Part shown: piece by piece, positions 55,008 to 64,000 of the stretch
Numbering within the stretch: the stretch's first letter is position 1
Layout: each line of letters starts with the position of its first letter
DNA from: Candidatus Latescibacterota bacterium
Lineage (GTDB): Bacteria > Latescibacterota > UBA2968
Direction of reading: 5' to 3'
Length of the DNA stretch: 64,000 nt
Assembly (NCBI GenBank): GCA_965204745.1
Contig: OZ242010.1
Span: 1,632,001-1,696,000 of the forward strand
The notes under the pieces: model-generated
Seen by the model: the letters and a program-made list of their open reading frames with translations, nothing else
What the model was told of the DNA's origin: nothing
Databases searched by the model: none
Made by a program: the position numbers and the translations under genes

Positions 55008-58000
55008 TTATGCTTCTTGTTCTTCCTGCACACCCAACCCCGGCAACCCCTCCACAATCGCCGCTGTCTCTAAGCTCACCGCGATCACTTTGCCGATCAG
55101 TTTGACGATGTACTGCGGATCGGCCTCGCGGTTCGGGTCGTTGATTATGCCGCTTCGTTTGTCGGTCTTGACGCGGTATTGATCGATGACCCATTCGAGT
55201 GCCGAGCGGTTTCCGAGCCGATACTCAAATGCTTTGGGCGGAATCCCGTCGAGTGTCAAGAAGTCGTTGTACTCGATCTGCGTTTTGTCTTTGGACAAGC
55301 GCATCTTTTCCACGCGCCAGTCGAGCGGCGCGTCTGAATTTTCGATGAACTCGAGCCGATGTTCGGGTTGGGCTTCATAGCCGATGTGGAGTTCTGCCAA
55401 GCGTTGGCCGGCTTTGGCAAAGGCCCCAAAGTCCGGGGCGTAAGGGATGTGCGGCAGGTCGCGCTTGAGGTTGGCACGGTATCGCGCCCGGTATTCCGGG
55501 TGGTGGAGCAAGCCATAGACATAATGGAAGATGGCCCACTTATCAATCGCGTTGTCGCCGTAATGCGAGCGGAATTGAGCCAACGCCCAGTCGGTGATGT
55601 TCTCGCGGCGATTCGTTCCGTCCTCGTCGTAGGTGTAGAAGGGGAAACATTGAGTCCCGCCATTTGAGGAGTTTGAGAATTTTAACTCAACGATACGATC
55701 CGCTATAAGGCATCTGAAAACATCGTGCCCAAGTCCAGCAACACAAATGATCTGATTTTCCGTTTCTGTCTCAGGCGTGGGAAAGATGGAGGGGAAAGCG
55801 TAAACGCGCTCAGCCGTGAGTCTGTCAAAGTAGAGGTGCGATTTCGTGAACGGGCGATAGAGTGATGCCCTCATCTTTGCAGGCGAAAAATCAGCGGTTT
55901 TCCCTCGCTTTAAGTTCGCTTTCAGTGTTTCGCCCCACTTGATCTTTTCGTCATCATAAATCACAAAATCATCGACGTTTTCATTTTTGTTTTCATTTTT
56001 TTTAGACGCGCCCCACTTGAACACCTGCTCATTGTAGGTATCGATCATCCGCTCTATGTTTTCGGCGAGGGCGTTTGGGTTAAAGTTGTACGCCCACGCA
56101 TCGCGATTGGTTTTGACACCGCCGCTAAAGGTCCTAAAAATCACACCTTCAGCCCCGACCTTCGCCGCCTTTGCTTCCTTGCTTCCCATCGGGGTAAAGG
56201 TTTCAAATTCCGTCTGAAGTCCTTCCGTGAGCCAAGTGTGTCGCTCGTCCGGGTTAATCGTTTGCCACTCGATATTGTCGATGTGTTGCCGCTCGTTTAG
56301 GAAGTCGAATTTCTGCTTTTTGTTCCACAGGTCGTCGGTTCGGTAGTAAAAGATACGGGCTGTTTTTGATGGATTTTGTTTTACAAACAAATTGATGCTG
56401 ACCCCGACCCGAATGCCGAACACATTGGCATCCGCGACCTTCAATCCCTTGCGTGCATTCCCGCCCAAATCCAAAATGTAAATCGCGTCAAAATCGTCTG
56501 CGAGGTGTTTTCGCATGCCATCAAATGCCACGCCGTCGAGAAATCCGCTATTTGTCACAAAGGCGACAATGCCTTCCTCTCCGATCCGATCTGAAGCCCA
56601 ACGGATCGCTTTGACGTATGGATCGGCGAGGGCGTTTTTATTCGTTGCGTTGGACGCTTGCGAATAGGTTTCTCTGACCCGTGCATCTATCGTTTTGTAC
56701 TTCCGATTTTTGTTGTTGTCGTTCTCGTTGACCTGCCCCGCGTTGTAGGGCGGGTTGCCGACGATCACAAACATGTCAGTTTTCTTTTGTCGTTCAACCC
56801 GCGCCGTGTTCTCCGCTGTGAACAGGGCCAGTTCGCGTTCCTCTGCCAGTTCAAACGTATCGACCAAGCACAGCCCTTTATACGGCAGATAACGCCCCGT
56901 CGCCTCGTAGAACTCGTGCTCGATGTTCATAGACGCGATGTAATACGGCAACAGCATCACCTCGTTGCAGTGGAGTTCGGATGAGTACTTGTCCTCCAGC
57001 GCGGTTCTGCGAATCTCGCGCATCATGCGGACGATGAAATTGCCGGTGCCGACAAACGGGTCGATGATGTGAACGCCCGCGTCAGACAGGGAACGACCAA
57101 ACTCGGTCTTGAGGATGTGCTCAACGCTTTTCGCCATGAAATCGACAATCGGTTGCGGCGTATAGACGATGCCGTGCGTATCGGCGGCCTCCACCGAAAA
57201 GCCCTGAAAGAACTGCTCATAGACCGTGTTGAGGAAGTGCTGTTTTTGGGAGAAGTCATCGATGGTTTCCGCGGTCTGCTCAATCGCAACATAGAAGCGG
57301 TCAAGGCTTTTGAGAAACTCGTGGCGGTTAAACGATTGAGACGTGAGCGCGTCGATGACCTTTTCGATCTCGTTGGCGATAGCGTTGCGCCGCGTGAAAT
57401 CGGGGTTGCTGAAGACGGTTCGGAAAATCCGCTCGGTCAAGAGGTGTTGAACGAGCATCTCCTCGACAGCGGCTTCGGAGAGATTGGGGTTGATGGACTG
57501 ACGGCATTTTTCGTAGAAACCCGCAAAGGCCATCGTGAACCGGCGGTTGGTCTGTCGCTCCCGTTGGATCAACGCCGCCAACCCGCGCCCGATATCGGGC
57601 ACTTTGTCCTTGAACTGCGCGACGGCCTCTTCCCATTTGGCGATCTCTGCCGGACGATGGGAAAAGAAGGTCTCGAGCGTCTCGACAAGTCGCCTTTGAT
57701 CGGTCAAATCCGCGTCGAGAACGGGCGCGTCATTCTGCCACAGGATCGCCCGTTGGGGCGTTTGGAACAGGATGTTGTCTCGCGGATAGCCCGCCGCAAA
57801 CTTGTGTTGCACTTCGGCGTCGAGGTCGTCGTGAATATCCTTTGCTTCCCAATAGCCGTGCGGCAAGTTGAACGCGTCGATCAACGCGCCATCGACGACA
57901 ATCCGCTTATTGCCGCCGAGCGAGATGGCATGTTCGGGGACGAGTGTCCACGCAACTTGCCGAGCACACGATTCGAGCAGCGCATGAAACGCCGAGCGCA

Positions 58001-58100
58001 CGGCGGTTTCATGCGTCACGCCGAGGTGCTCAAATTCGCGGAGCGATTCGTAATACGCCCTAACGGGCTTGTGCGTGGGTTTGAGATTGAGCGTTGGCAT
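55008..58100 (-). CDS. Type IIG/ISP-like fused restriction endonuclease-N6 adenine methyltransferase-TRD (no helicase)
   Basis: N-terminal VDG...YWEAKD, GIVYTPQPIV, IDPFVGTGNF, GNPPY, GVKTNRDAW, YRPF, YRLGNRSALEWVIDQY. Confidence 0.9.
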   Translation of the reverse strand: MPTLNLKPTHKPVRAYYESLREFEHLGVTHETAVRSAFHALLESCARQVAWTLVPEHAISLGGNKRIVVDGALIDAFNLPHGYWEAKDIHDDLDAEVQHKFAAGYPRDNILFQTPQRAILWQNDAPVLDADLTDQRRLVETLETFFSHRPAEIAKWEEAVAQFKDKVPDIGRGLAALIQRERQTNRRFTMAFAGFYEKCRQSINPNLSEAAVEEMLVQHLLTERIFRTVFSNPDFTRRNAIANEIEKVIDALTSQSFNRHEFLKSLDRFYVAIEQTAETIDDFSQKQHFLNTVYEQFFQGFSVEAADTHGIVYTPQPIVDFMAKSVEHILKTEFGRSLSDAGVHIIDPFVGTGNFIVRMMREIRRTALEDKYSSELHCNEVMLLPYYIASMNIEHEFYEATGRYLPYKGLCLVDTFELAEERELALFTAENTARVERQKKTDMFVIVGNPPYNAGQVNENDNNKNRKYKTIDARVRETYSQASNATNKNALADPYVKAIRWASDRIGEEGIVAFVTNSGFLDGVAFDGMRKHLADDFDAIYILDLGGNARKGLKVADANVFGIRVGVSINLFVKQNPSKTARIFYYRTDDLWNKKQKFDFLNERQHIDNIEWQTINPDERHTWLTEGLQTEFETFTPMGSKEAKAAKVGAEGVIFRTFSGGVKTNRDAWAYNFNPNALAENIERMIDTYNEQVFKWGASKKNENKNENVDDFVIYDDEKIKWGETLKANLKRGKTADFSPAKMRASLYRPFTKSHLYFDRLTAERVYAFPSIFPTPETETENQIICVAGLGHDVFRCLIADRIVELKFSNSSNGGTQCFPFYTYDEDGTNRRENITDWALAQFRSHYGDNAIDKWAIFHYVYGLLHHPEYRARYRANLKRDLPHIPYAPDFGAFAKAGQRLAELHIGYEAQPEHRLEFIENSDAPLDWRVEKMRLSKDKTQIEYNDFLTLDGIPPKAFEYRLGNRSALEWVIDQYRVKTDKRSGIINDPNREADPQYIVKLIGKVIAVSLETAAIVEGLPGLGVQEEQEA

Positions 58101-58107
58101 GTTGGTA

Positions 58108-59145
58108 TTATTTTTTTACCGCGTCGATAAGTCGCGCGATGATTTCATTTTGGCTGGCGGTCTCGTTGTTCTCTGCTCTGAACTGATCCCACAGGCCTGG
58201 GTTTTGGGCGATGACCAAACCCAATCGCGGGCATACCCAGATGTGTTTCGCGCCCGCGCCGGATGCGGCGAAGGAATCTCGGGGGGCGTCTGCCCATTGT
58301 TTCCCGTGGTCGTTGCACCAGAACCCGTGCCCGTAGTTCCAATTTTCTTCGGGTTCGTTTTTCAGGATGAAGGCATTGGTTTTGGTGGCTTCTTTGAGGT
58401 ACTTTTCCGGGGCGACCTGAACGCCGTTCCAGTTGCCGTAATTGAGCCACAAGTGCCCTGCGCGCAGTTGATCGCGCAACGTGGTATGCACCTGCGTGTA
58501 ATACCCGAAGATGTTGATCCGCGCATTGTTGCCCAGGTCAAAATTGGCGTGCGAATGCGTCCATGCCCCACCGATGGGATCGCGCATCTTTTCGTTGATC
58601 AACTTGCCACACCCCGGCGAACCCTCGGGATCGGTTGCGTCGTAATACCCGTACAGTTTGGCGATAGCGTGCGTGAGGATGTTCATGCCATACGTTTGAT
58701 AGTGAAAGACTCTGCCCGGTTTTTCCCCCGGTTTCATGTAGCCCGACACATTGCAGATGAGGTGCCGAAAGGTGATCTCGCGGTCTTTTTCAAACGCATA
58801 TCGCCCGGGCTTTGGGCCTTCTTGCTCGCCCACGTCCATCATTTCCGGATAGTAGTTGACGACGCGTTCATCGGGCGAAGACAATTTGCCCTCGGCGACC
58901 ACAATGCCCAAGAGCGTGGCGTAATACGACTTTGCGGCAGATGCCTGCGAATGCACAGAACCCCCTGCAATGCCTTGCCGCCACTCGGCAACGAGATAGC
59001 CATAACGCGCAATCCCCACCTGAAAGGGCCGATTGCCTGCCACCTCTTGCAACCACGTCTGCACCCGCGCGAGTTTGTCCGCATCAAAGCCGATATCCCC
59101 GGGCCTTCGCGCCTCCCACTCCGCATGTGGAAAAGTCATATCCAT
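58108..59145 (-). CDS. Beta-lactamase-like serine hydrolase
   Basis: SAAK (SxxK), ITFRHL, PGRVFHYQT, YGHGFW, FAASGAG. Confidence 0.88.
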   Translation of the reverse strand: MDMTFPHAEWEARRPGDIGFDADKLARVQTWLQEVAGNRPFQVGIARYGYLVAEWRQGIAGGSVHSQASAAKSYYATLLGIVVAEGKLSSPDERVVNYYPEMMDVGEQEGPKPGRYAFEKDREITFRHLICNVSGYMKPGEKPGRVFHYQTYGMNILTHAIAKLYGYYDATDPEGSPGCGKLINEKMRDPIGGAWTHSHANFDLGNNARINIFGYYTQVHTTLRDQLRAGHLWLNYGNWNGVQVAPEKYLKEATKTNAFILKNEPEENWNYGHGFWCNDHGKQWADAPRDSFAASGAGAKHIWVCPRLGLVIAQNPGLWDQFRAENNETASQNEIIARLIDAVKK

Positions 59146-59177
59146 CCCAAAAATCTCCTCGTATCGAGACAGGCGTA

Positions 59178-59501
59178 TTATTCGCCTGATAACGCGACAC
59201 CCTCTTTGCGAATATTCCGAAGCAGGGGACCGCGTTTGTTTTCGTAACGCTGGCGATCTACAAACACACAACTGATCACCACTTCGTTTTCCAAACAAAG
59301 ATCGGACACAATCCCACAGGTTCGCTCAATTTCCTCACCTGCATTTACAGGCCCATTCAATACGACGAGCACATCGATATCCGAGTCGGGCTTTGCATCG
59401 CCGCGTGCCCTCGAACCGAATAACACCATGCGCGCCAGACGATCACCGTAAAATATCTCAAAACGATGGCGCAATATTTGGAGAACGACTTTCAAATTCA
59501 T
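59178..59501 (-). CDS. Minimal nucleotidyltransferase (MNT) domain protein, no HEPN partner
   Basis: LFGSRARGDAKPDSDIDVLVV, LLRNIRKEG. Confidence 0.88.
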   Translation of the reverse strand: MNLKVVLQILRHRFEIFYGDRLARMVLFGSRARGDAKPDSDIDVLVVLNGPVNAGEEIERTCGIVSDLCLENEVVISCVFVDRQRYENKRGPLLRNIRKEGVALSGE

Positions 59502-59693
59502 AGCCCACCCTCCAGTCGTCAGCCCACCTATCTCGTATCTTCGGTCGAGCACGGGGGCATCGCTCAAAAAGGTGAGAGGCAAGACGGGAGAAGATCTACA
59601 CCACTGCTCGCCTTTGAACGGGTTGTCGCCAGTTGTACCCCGCTCGTGCCTTTTGTGGCTAAAATCCCTCTCCCGTGGCGTTGCCCGATTGGT

Positions 59694-61499
59694 TCATTTC
59701 GGCAAGACGTATCCGATCTTTCTGAGTGCATTGCGAAAGGCTGTCAGGGATTTTTCCGGCACGACCAGATGGCGGTCGCCTGATAGATGGCAATATTTTT
59801 TGACGCCTCGGTCATGCGCGAGAAACTGTGCGGTCTCGGCGTCTGTCACCTCGATCAAATGCGCTGTACCTTTGACGCTTAAACGCGATACTTTGCCGGC
59901 CATATCGTCAAACAGCACGGCCACGGGCTGTGGCAATTCCCCGCCGCTTTTGTGGGTGAGAAATGACCGCATCTGATCGAGCGATTGCCCGCTCTCCAAG
60001 CCTTTGAGCATCCGTTCGGGCCGAATGGTCCACACGTTGTCAGAAGTCTTGTCCGCGCATTGTTCCAGCGCGATCTGATCGCCCAACGGCAGGGGCTTCA
60101 AGGCGACCACATCGAAATTGGGCAACACTTTGAGCACGGGTTCAGCTTTCACTTCTGAAGGCGCGTAAGACCGCGTTTTGCCCAAACAAAAAGCCCCCAA
60201 CGCATTCACGCGCACATACATCAACCCATCGTAGCGACTCAAAAAATCGAGATCGCCCTCGTAGTCTTTGGGGCCATGTACGGGTTCAATGTATGCCACA
60301 TCGACAAGCCCCAAGGTCGCGGCATATTCAAACAGCAAGGCCATGGTGTAGCGGGATGTCAGCAAGGGCCAGTTGTCGGTCAAATGTCCATAGTGATCGA
60401 AAACATAAATCTCCCACGGCTCGTGCGACACGATCAGCACATGGCCGGCCGCACGCATGAAATTGCAAAAGCTGGCAAAATTGAACCACTTTTCCGTTGG
60501 GCATTGCCCGATTGCTTTGACGATCATCTCGCGCCGCTCTACCGGAGATGTCAGTCCCGATTTCCCAGGTCCAGCCTGCCCGCGCAAGAGATCGATTCGT
60601 TGCAACTCATCGATGGTTTTATTTTTTAGCCACGCCTGCCACATGGTCTTAATCGTTTCGTGAGGGGGCGCGATCAATGCCTTTCGCCCCGCGGTTGTCA
60701 AATGCAACTTGCCGCTTTTCAAACTCGCCAGTTTTGCCGCGTGAACCAACACCGGCCAAGCATAAGCCCTAATCGGACCGGGCAAGTCTTCCCACTTGTG
60801 GCACTTTTCGCGATCCAAATAAAAATCGCCGCCCGAAAGTGCCTCGCCAACAGCGCGAACACTGGCGGCTGTCGGGCGTTCCGTGATTTTACTCAGGCGC
60901 ACTTTGCCCGCGTCGACCAACCGCAATACGGCTATCAGTTCTTCTGGTGCTGCCTGCTCGGTGTCGACGCGATGAAGCGGGAACCGTTCTGCCTTCCCCT
61001 TGTTTGTCAAAAAAATATCGCGGATAATATCGACGGTTTCCGGACATTCTTCTTGAACCCGCAATTTTGCGGGCGGCGGTTTGGGCACAAATTTTTTCAA
61101 TGCGGCTTTCAAATCAGCGGGCACGACCTTCTGATCGCCGATATAATCATAGCGGGCATAGACAAAAAGAAACAAGTTGAGCAGGGAAGGCTCGCGAATA
61201 TAATTCCCCCAAGGGGCCGTTTCGCCCCAATCTGGATCTGTGCCATATTTGAGTCTAAACCCCAACTCGTCAAACCACGGCGCGTAAAGTGCTTCTGCAA
61301 CGGCTTTCTGTTGCACCTCGTCCAGCAGTTCCCAGTACTCGCGCGTGTACCCGAGCATCTCCTTGACGATGACGGCGATAATATCCGCCTTGCGCGTGGG
61401 CAAACGCGCGCCGGTCAACAAACGCGCGAGTTTCTTGAGTTGACCGACCACATGCCCGTTCAGAAATTCTGCAAGTGTTCCCGATAGAGGGTCTGTCAT
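59694..61499 (-). CDS. Protein with XPB/Ssl2-like helicase-associated C-terminal domain
   Basis: VLPNFDVVAL...FLTHKSGGELPQPVAVLFDD pattern; no helicase motifs seen. Confidence 0.65.
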   Translation of the reverse strand: MTDPLSGTLAEFLNGHVVGQLKKLARLLTGARLPTRKADIIAVIVKEMLGYTREYWELLDEVQQKAVAEALYAPWFDELGFRLKYGTDPDWGETAPWGNYIREPSLLNLFLFVYARYDYIGDQKVVPADLKAALKKFVPKPPPAKLRVQEECPETVDIIRDIFLTNKGKAERFPLHRVDTEQAAPEELIAVLRLVDAGKVRLSKITERPTAASVRAVGEALSGGDFYLDREKCHKWEDLPGPIRAYAWPVLVHAAKLASLKSGKLHLTTAGRKALIAPPHETIKTMWQAWLKNKTIDELQRIDLLRGQAGPGKSGLTSPVERREMIVKAIGQCPTEKWFNFASFCNFMRAAGHVLIVSHEPWEIYVFDHYGHLTDNWPLLTSRYTMALLFEYAATLGLVDVAYIEPVHGPKDYEGDLDFLSRYDGLMYVRVNALGAFCLGKTRSYAPSEVKAEPVLKVLPNFDVVALKPLPLGDQIALEQCADKTSDNVWTIRPERMLKGLESGQSLDQMRSFLTHKSGGELPQPVAVLFDDMAGKVSRLSVKGTAHLIEVTDAETAQFLAHDRGVKKYCHLSGDRHLVVPEKSLTAFRNALRKIGYVLPK

Positions 61500-61539
61500 A
61501 ACGAGACGTCCTCTTTGTGAATAGTCCGTAGTGGGAGTG

Positions 61540-62673
61540 TCACTGTCCCACCCTGAACCCATCTTCTCGTGCGATGCCTTCTGCTATCGCGGCTGCTTCG
61601 AGGTCAAAGCCCGTACCGGGGGTATCGGGCACGATCAAACACCCGTCCCGCATTGTCCATCCGTCTAAGACAATGCCCGGCATGGCTGCGGGGGCGGCTT
61701 CTTGCAGGCAGAAATGCGGGATGGAAGCGGCAAAATGCGCGTGGGCATACCGCTCGATCAAACTGCCCCAGCAGTGGGGGGCGCACTGGCCGCCCCAGGG
61801 TTCGATCATCGCGGCGGTTTCGCGCCACCACGTGAGGCCCTTGGCGCGGAAATCGTGTTGCACCACGTCGATCCACCCGCGTTTGACCATGTCGAAATAA
61901 GTGGGCGGCGGCGGGCCGGATTCGCCATCCGCGACCAGGGTATCATAGCCCTTTTGCACGATGAAGTGCTTAAGGGCTTCGTTAAAAGATCGATCCTCGT
62001 GAAAGGGCTCTTCAAACCAGTAGATGCCCACAGCTTCGCAGCGCGTGAGAATGTCTTTTGCGATGTTGAGCGTGGTGCCGTTGTTGGCGTCGATGAGGAT
62101 TTTCGCATCTGCACCTGCGGCTTCCCGAACGCTGTGAATGACCAGCACATCCCGGTCCGTGCCCTCTGTGACGGGCATCCAGCGCGCGCCGCGCCCGACC
62201 TTGATTTTGAAATTTTTGTACCCGTACTCGTGCCCGGTTTTGACTTCCTCGTGGAAGATGGCGACGGCCTCTTCGTCTGAGGCGTCCAAGTCGTCGATGT
62301 AAATCGACCCGTCGTACAATTCAACTGCGCGCGATCCCCGAGCACCCAAGAGTTGGTACAGGGGTTGGCCCGACAATTTTGCCACCAGATCCCACAGGGG
62401 CAAATCAATCGCGGTGCCGGCTTCGGTTGAGCCGCTGGGCAATTGGAACACATCCCCCACGGGTTTGCCCACCAATGCCTCGGCTTCTTCCCGATCCAGC
62501 CGCGCCCATCCGACGCCGATGGCGCCGCTGTTCGTGTGGATGCGAACCACGGGGTCGGTCACCGTGTCCCCGTGGATGCCGATGCGCGCATTGCGCCCGA
62601 CCACGCGGGGGCGCTTGAATTTCAGGACCACTTTTTCAATTCGGACGATTTTTTCCCGGTGCAAGTTCGGCAT
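61540..62673 (-). CDS. Mandelate racemase/enolase superfamily protein
   Basis: IDLPLWDLVAK, FKIKVGRG, ILIDANN, WFEEPF, VADGE, APHCWG. Confidence 0.9.
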   Translation of the reverse strand: MPNLHREKIVRIEKVVLKFKRPRVVGRNARIGIHGDTVTDPVVRIHTNSGAIGVGWARLDREEAEALVGKPVGDVFQLPSGSTEAGTAIDLPLWDLVAKLSGQPLYQLLGARGSRAVELYDGSIYIDDLDASDEEAVAIFHEEVKTGHEYGYKNFKIKVGRGARWMPVTEGTDRDVLVIHSVREAAGADAKILIDANNGTTLNIAKDILTRCEAVGIYWFEEPFHEDRSFNEALKHFIVQKGYDTLVADGESGPPPPTYFDMVKRGWIDVVQHDFRAKGLTWWRETAAMIEPWGGQCAPHCWGSLIERYAHAHFAASIPHFCLQEAAPAAMPGIVLDGWTMRDGCLIVPDTPGTGFDLEAAAIAEGIAREDGFRVGQ

Positions 62674-62792
62674 GAGAAACTCCTCTCGATCAAGCCTGAC
62701 ACAATTCCAATTTTTGAAATATAATGTCGAAGCACGTAATATCAAGTGTCAAATTATCCGACAAAATGCACAGGTGCGTCCGCGTTCTCATT

Positions 62793-62820
62793 TTGACATC
62801 ACGCGGCTTTGCCGTATAAT
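62793..62820 (+). promoter_or_regulatory. Consensus sigma-70 promoter
   Basis: TTGACA-N16-TATAAT upstream of a GAGGAGG RBS. Confidence 0.8.
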
Positions 62821-62849
62821 TTGTATTCACAAAAACCGAGGAGGGCACG

Positions 62850-64000
62850 GTGTTGATCCATAGAGAAGCGAAAAGAGACATTCCGATTGTGGAAAACGTG
62901 GATGTCATTGTTTGTGGCGGTGGGCCGGCCGGTGTCGCGGCTGCGATCTCGTGTGCGCGGCAAGGGGCGAAGACGCGATTGATTGAGTTGCACGGTTGCC
63001 TAGGAGGCGTTTGGACGACGGGCGCGCTGAGTTGGATCATCGATTCCGCGGACAAGCCCGGCATCATGGCGGAGATCACGGATCGGCTCGACGCCCGAGA
63101 GGCGCGCAGGCTTCGCGTGCACGGTGGCAAAAACTACGCGTACGATGTGGAAGAGATGAAGTTGCTCCTCGATGAGATGTGCGTCGAGGCGGGGGTCGAA
63201 ATTCGGTTGTTGACGCGCGTGGTCGGCGCGGCGCGTGACAGCGAGAATAGACTTTCAGTCGCGATCACAGAGTCCAAAACCGGGCGAGAAGCGTGGCACG
63301 CATCGGCTTTTATCGACGCGACAGGTGACGGTGATCTCGGAGCACTTTCCGGATGCGGGTTCGATGTCGGTCACCCGGAAACCGGAAATGTCCAGCCGAT
63401 GAGTTTGATGGCGTTGATCGCCGGGTTGCAGTTCGATCAGATCGAACCCTATGTAGGTGGGTCCCTGAAAGAGCCGAAGGAGCGACTCCGCGCGTTGATG
63501 GACGAGATCGGCGTTTCACCTTCTTATGGGCACCCGACATTATTTCGCATCAGGGACGATCTGTTCGCGCTCATGGGCAATCATCAATACGGCGTGAAAT
63601 GCGACGATGCCCAGGCGATCACAGAGGCGACGATCCGCGCGCGTCGAGAGGTTCATACACAAGTGGCTGCCTTGCGCGCCCACGGCGGGGTCTGGGCGAC
63701 GATGCGCGTGGTGTCAACGGGCGCGCAGATCGGCATTCGGGAAGGGCGGCGGATTCGCGGACGATATGAGGTGACTGGGGAGGATATCCTCCATGGCGCG
63801 CGCTTCGAGGATGCCGTCTGCCGGGTCACGATGGGGATTGACGTACACTCGACCGACCCGACAAAAACGAAGATCGTAGAGGCCAAGCCGCACCGGTCGC
63901 GCCCTTACGACATGCCACTCAGGGCGCTGATCGCGCGCGATGTCGATGGGCTACTCATGGCGGGCCGTTGCATAAGCGGGGATTTTATCGCGCATTCGAG
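62850..64000 (+). CDS. FAD-dependent oxidoreductase (3' truncated; not in ORF track)
   Basis: GTG start; DVIVCGGGPAGVAAA, FIDATGDGDL, GIREGRRIRG, LLMAGRCISGD. Confidence 0.9.
   Translation, partial: MLIHREAKRDIPIVENVDVIVCGGGPAGVAAAISCARQGAKTRLIELHGCLGGVWTTGALSWIIDSADKPGIMAEITDRLDAREARRLRVHGGKNYAYDVEEMKLLLDEMCVEAGVEIRLLTRVVGAARDSENRLSVAITESKTGREAWHASAFIDATGDGDLGALSGCGFDVGHPETGNVQPMSLMALIAGLQFDQIEPYVGGSLKEPKERLRALMDEIGVSPSYGHPTLFRIRDDLFALMGNHQYGVKCDDAQAITEATIRARREVHTQVAALRAHGGVWATMRVVSTGAQIGIREGRRIRGRYEVTGEDILHGARFEDAVCRVTMGIDVHSTDPTKTKIVEAKPHRSRPYDMPLRALIARDVDGLLMAGRCISGDFIAHS

Larger units (their letters stand above)
47121..58149. mobile_element. ~11-kb defence island inserted at the 3' end of the serine hydrolase gene; no integrase seen
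   Basis: Flanking direct repeats 47131-47162 and 58118-58149 (29/32 identical) with stop codons in register; RM-type cargo with shifted base composition. Confidence 0.75.

Noticed and set aside
55977-56003. 12-bp tandem duplication (KNEN twice) in the type IIG gene as a specificity switch
   Set aside because: Only two copies in a probable loop; nothing supports programmed variation.

Overview
GC-rich bacterial chromosomal window with about 50 protein-coding genes and no rRNA, tRNA, CRISPR array, integrase or transposase that I could recognise. The T9SS-type CTD protein, PorV-like gene, dockerin/EF-hand-tailed giant surface protein, PhyH dioxygenases and sulfatase suggest an FCB-group organism (Latescibacterota/Gemmatimonadota-like); this is inference only. 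The standout is a two-gene operon (10154->6351, minus strand). It encodes an ECF sigma factor and a 1051-aa single-chain miniature RNA polymerase stitched from conserved blocks of beta (RpoB) then beta' (RpoC). The protein keeps NxDFDGD, both beta catalytic lysines and the sigma-binding clamp helices, but apparently lacks the flap and trigger loop. Other highlights: (1) an M20 amidohydrolase whose metal-site Cys codon is an in-frame TGA followed by a SECIS-like hairpin; (2) an 11-kb integrase-less defence island (type IIG-like RM, Dcm + GHKL-nuclease, an uncharacterised gene pair) bounded by duplicated gene ends; (3) a urea transporter plus a urease cluster resembling the plant/fungal system, without ureE; (4) a 2419-aa adhesin-like gene bracketed by nested inverted repeats; (5) several interspersed, mutually nested repeat families. 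All protein assignments come from motif recognition by eye, not database searches.
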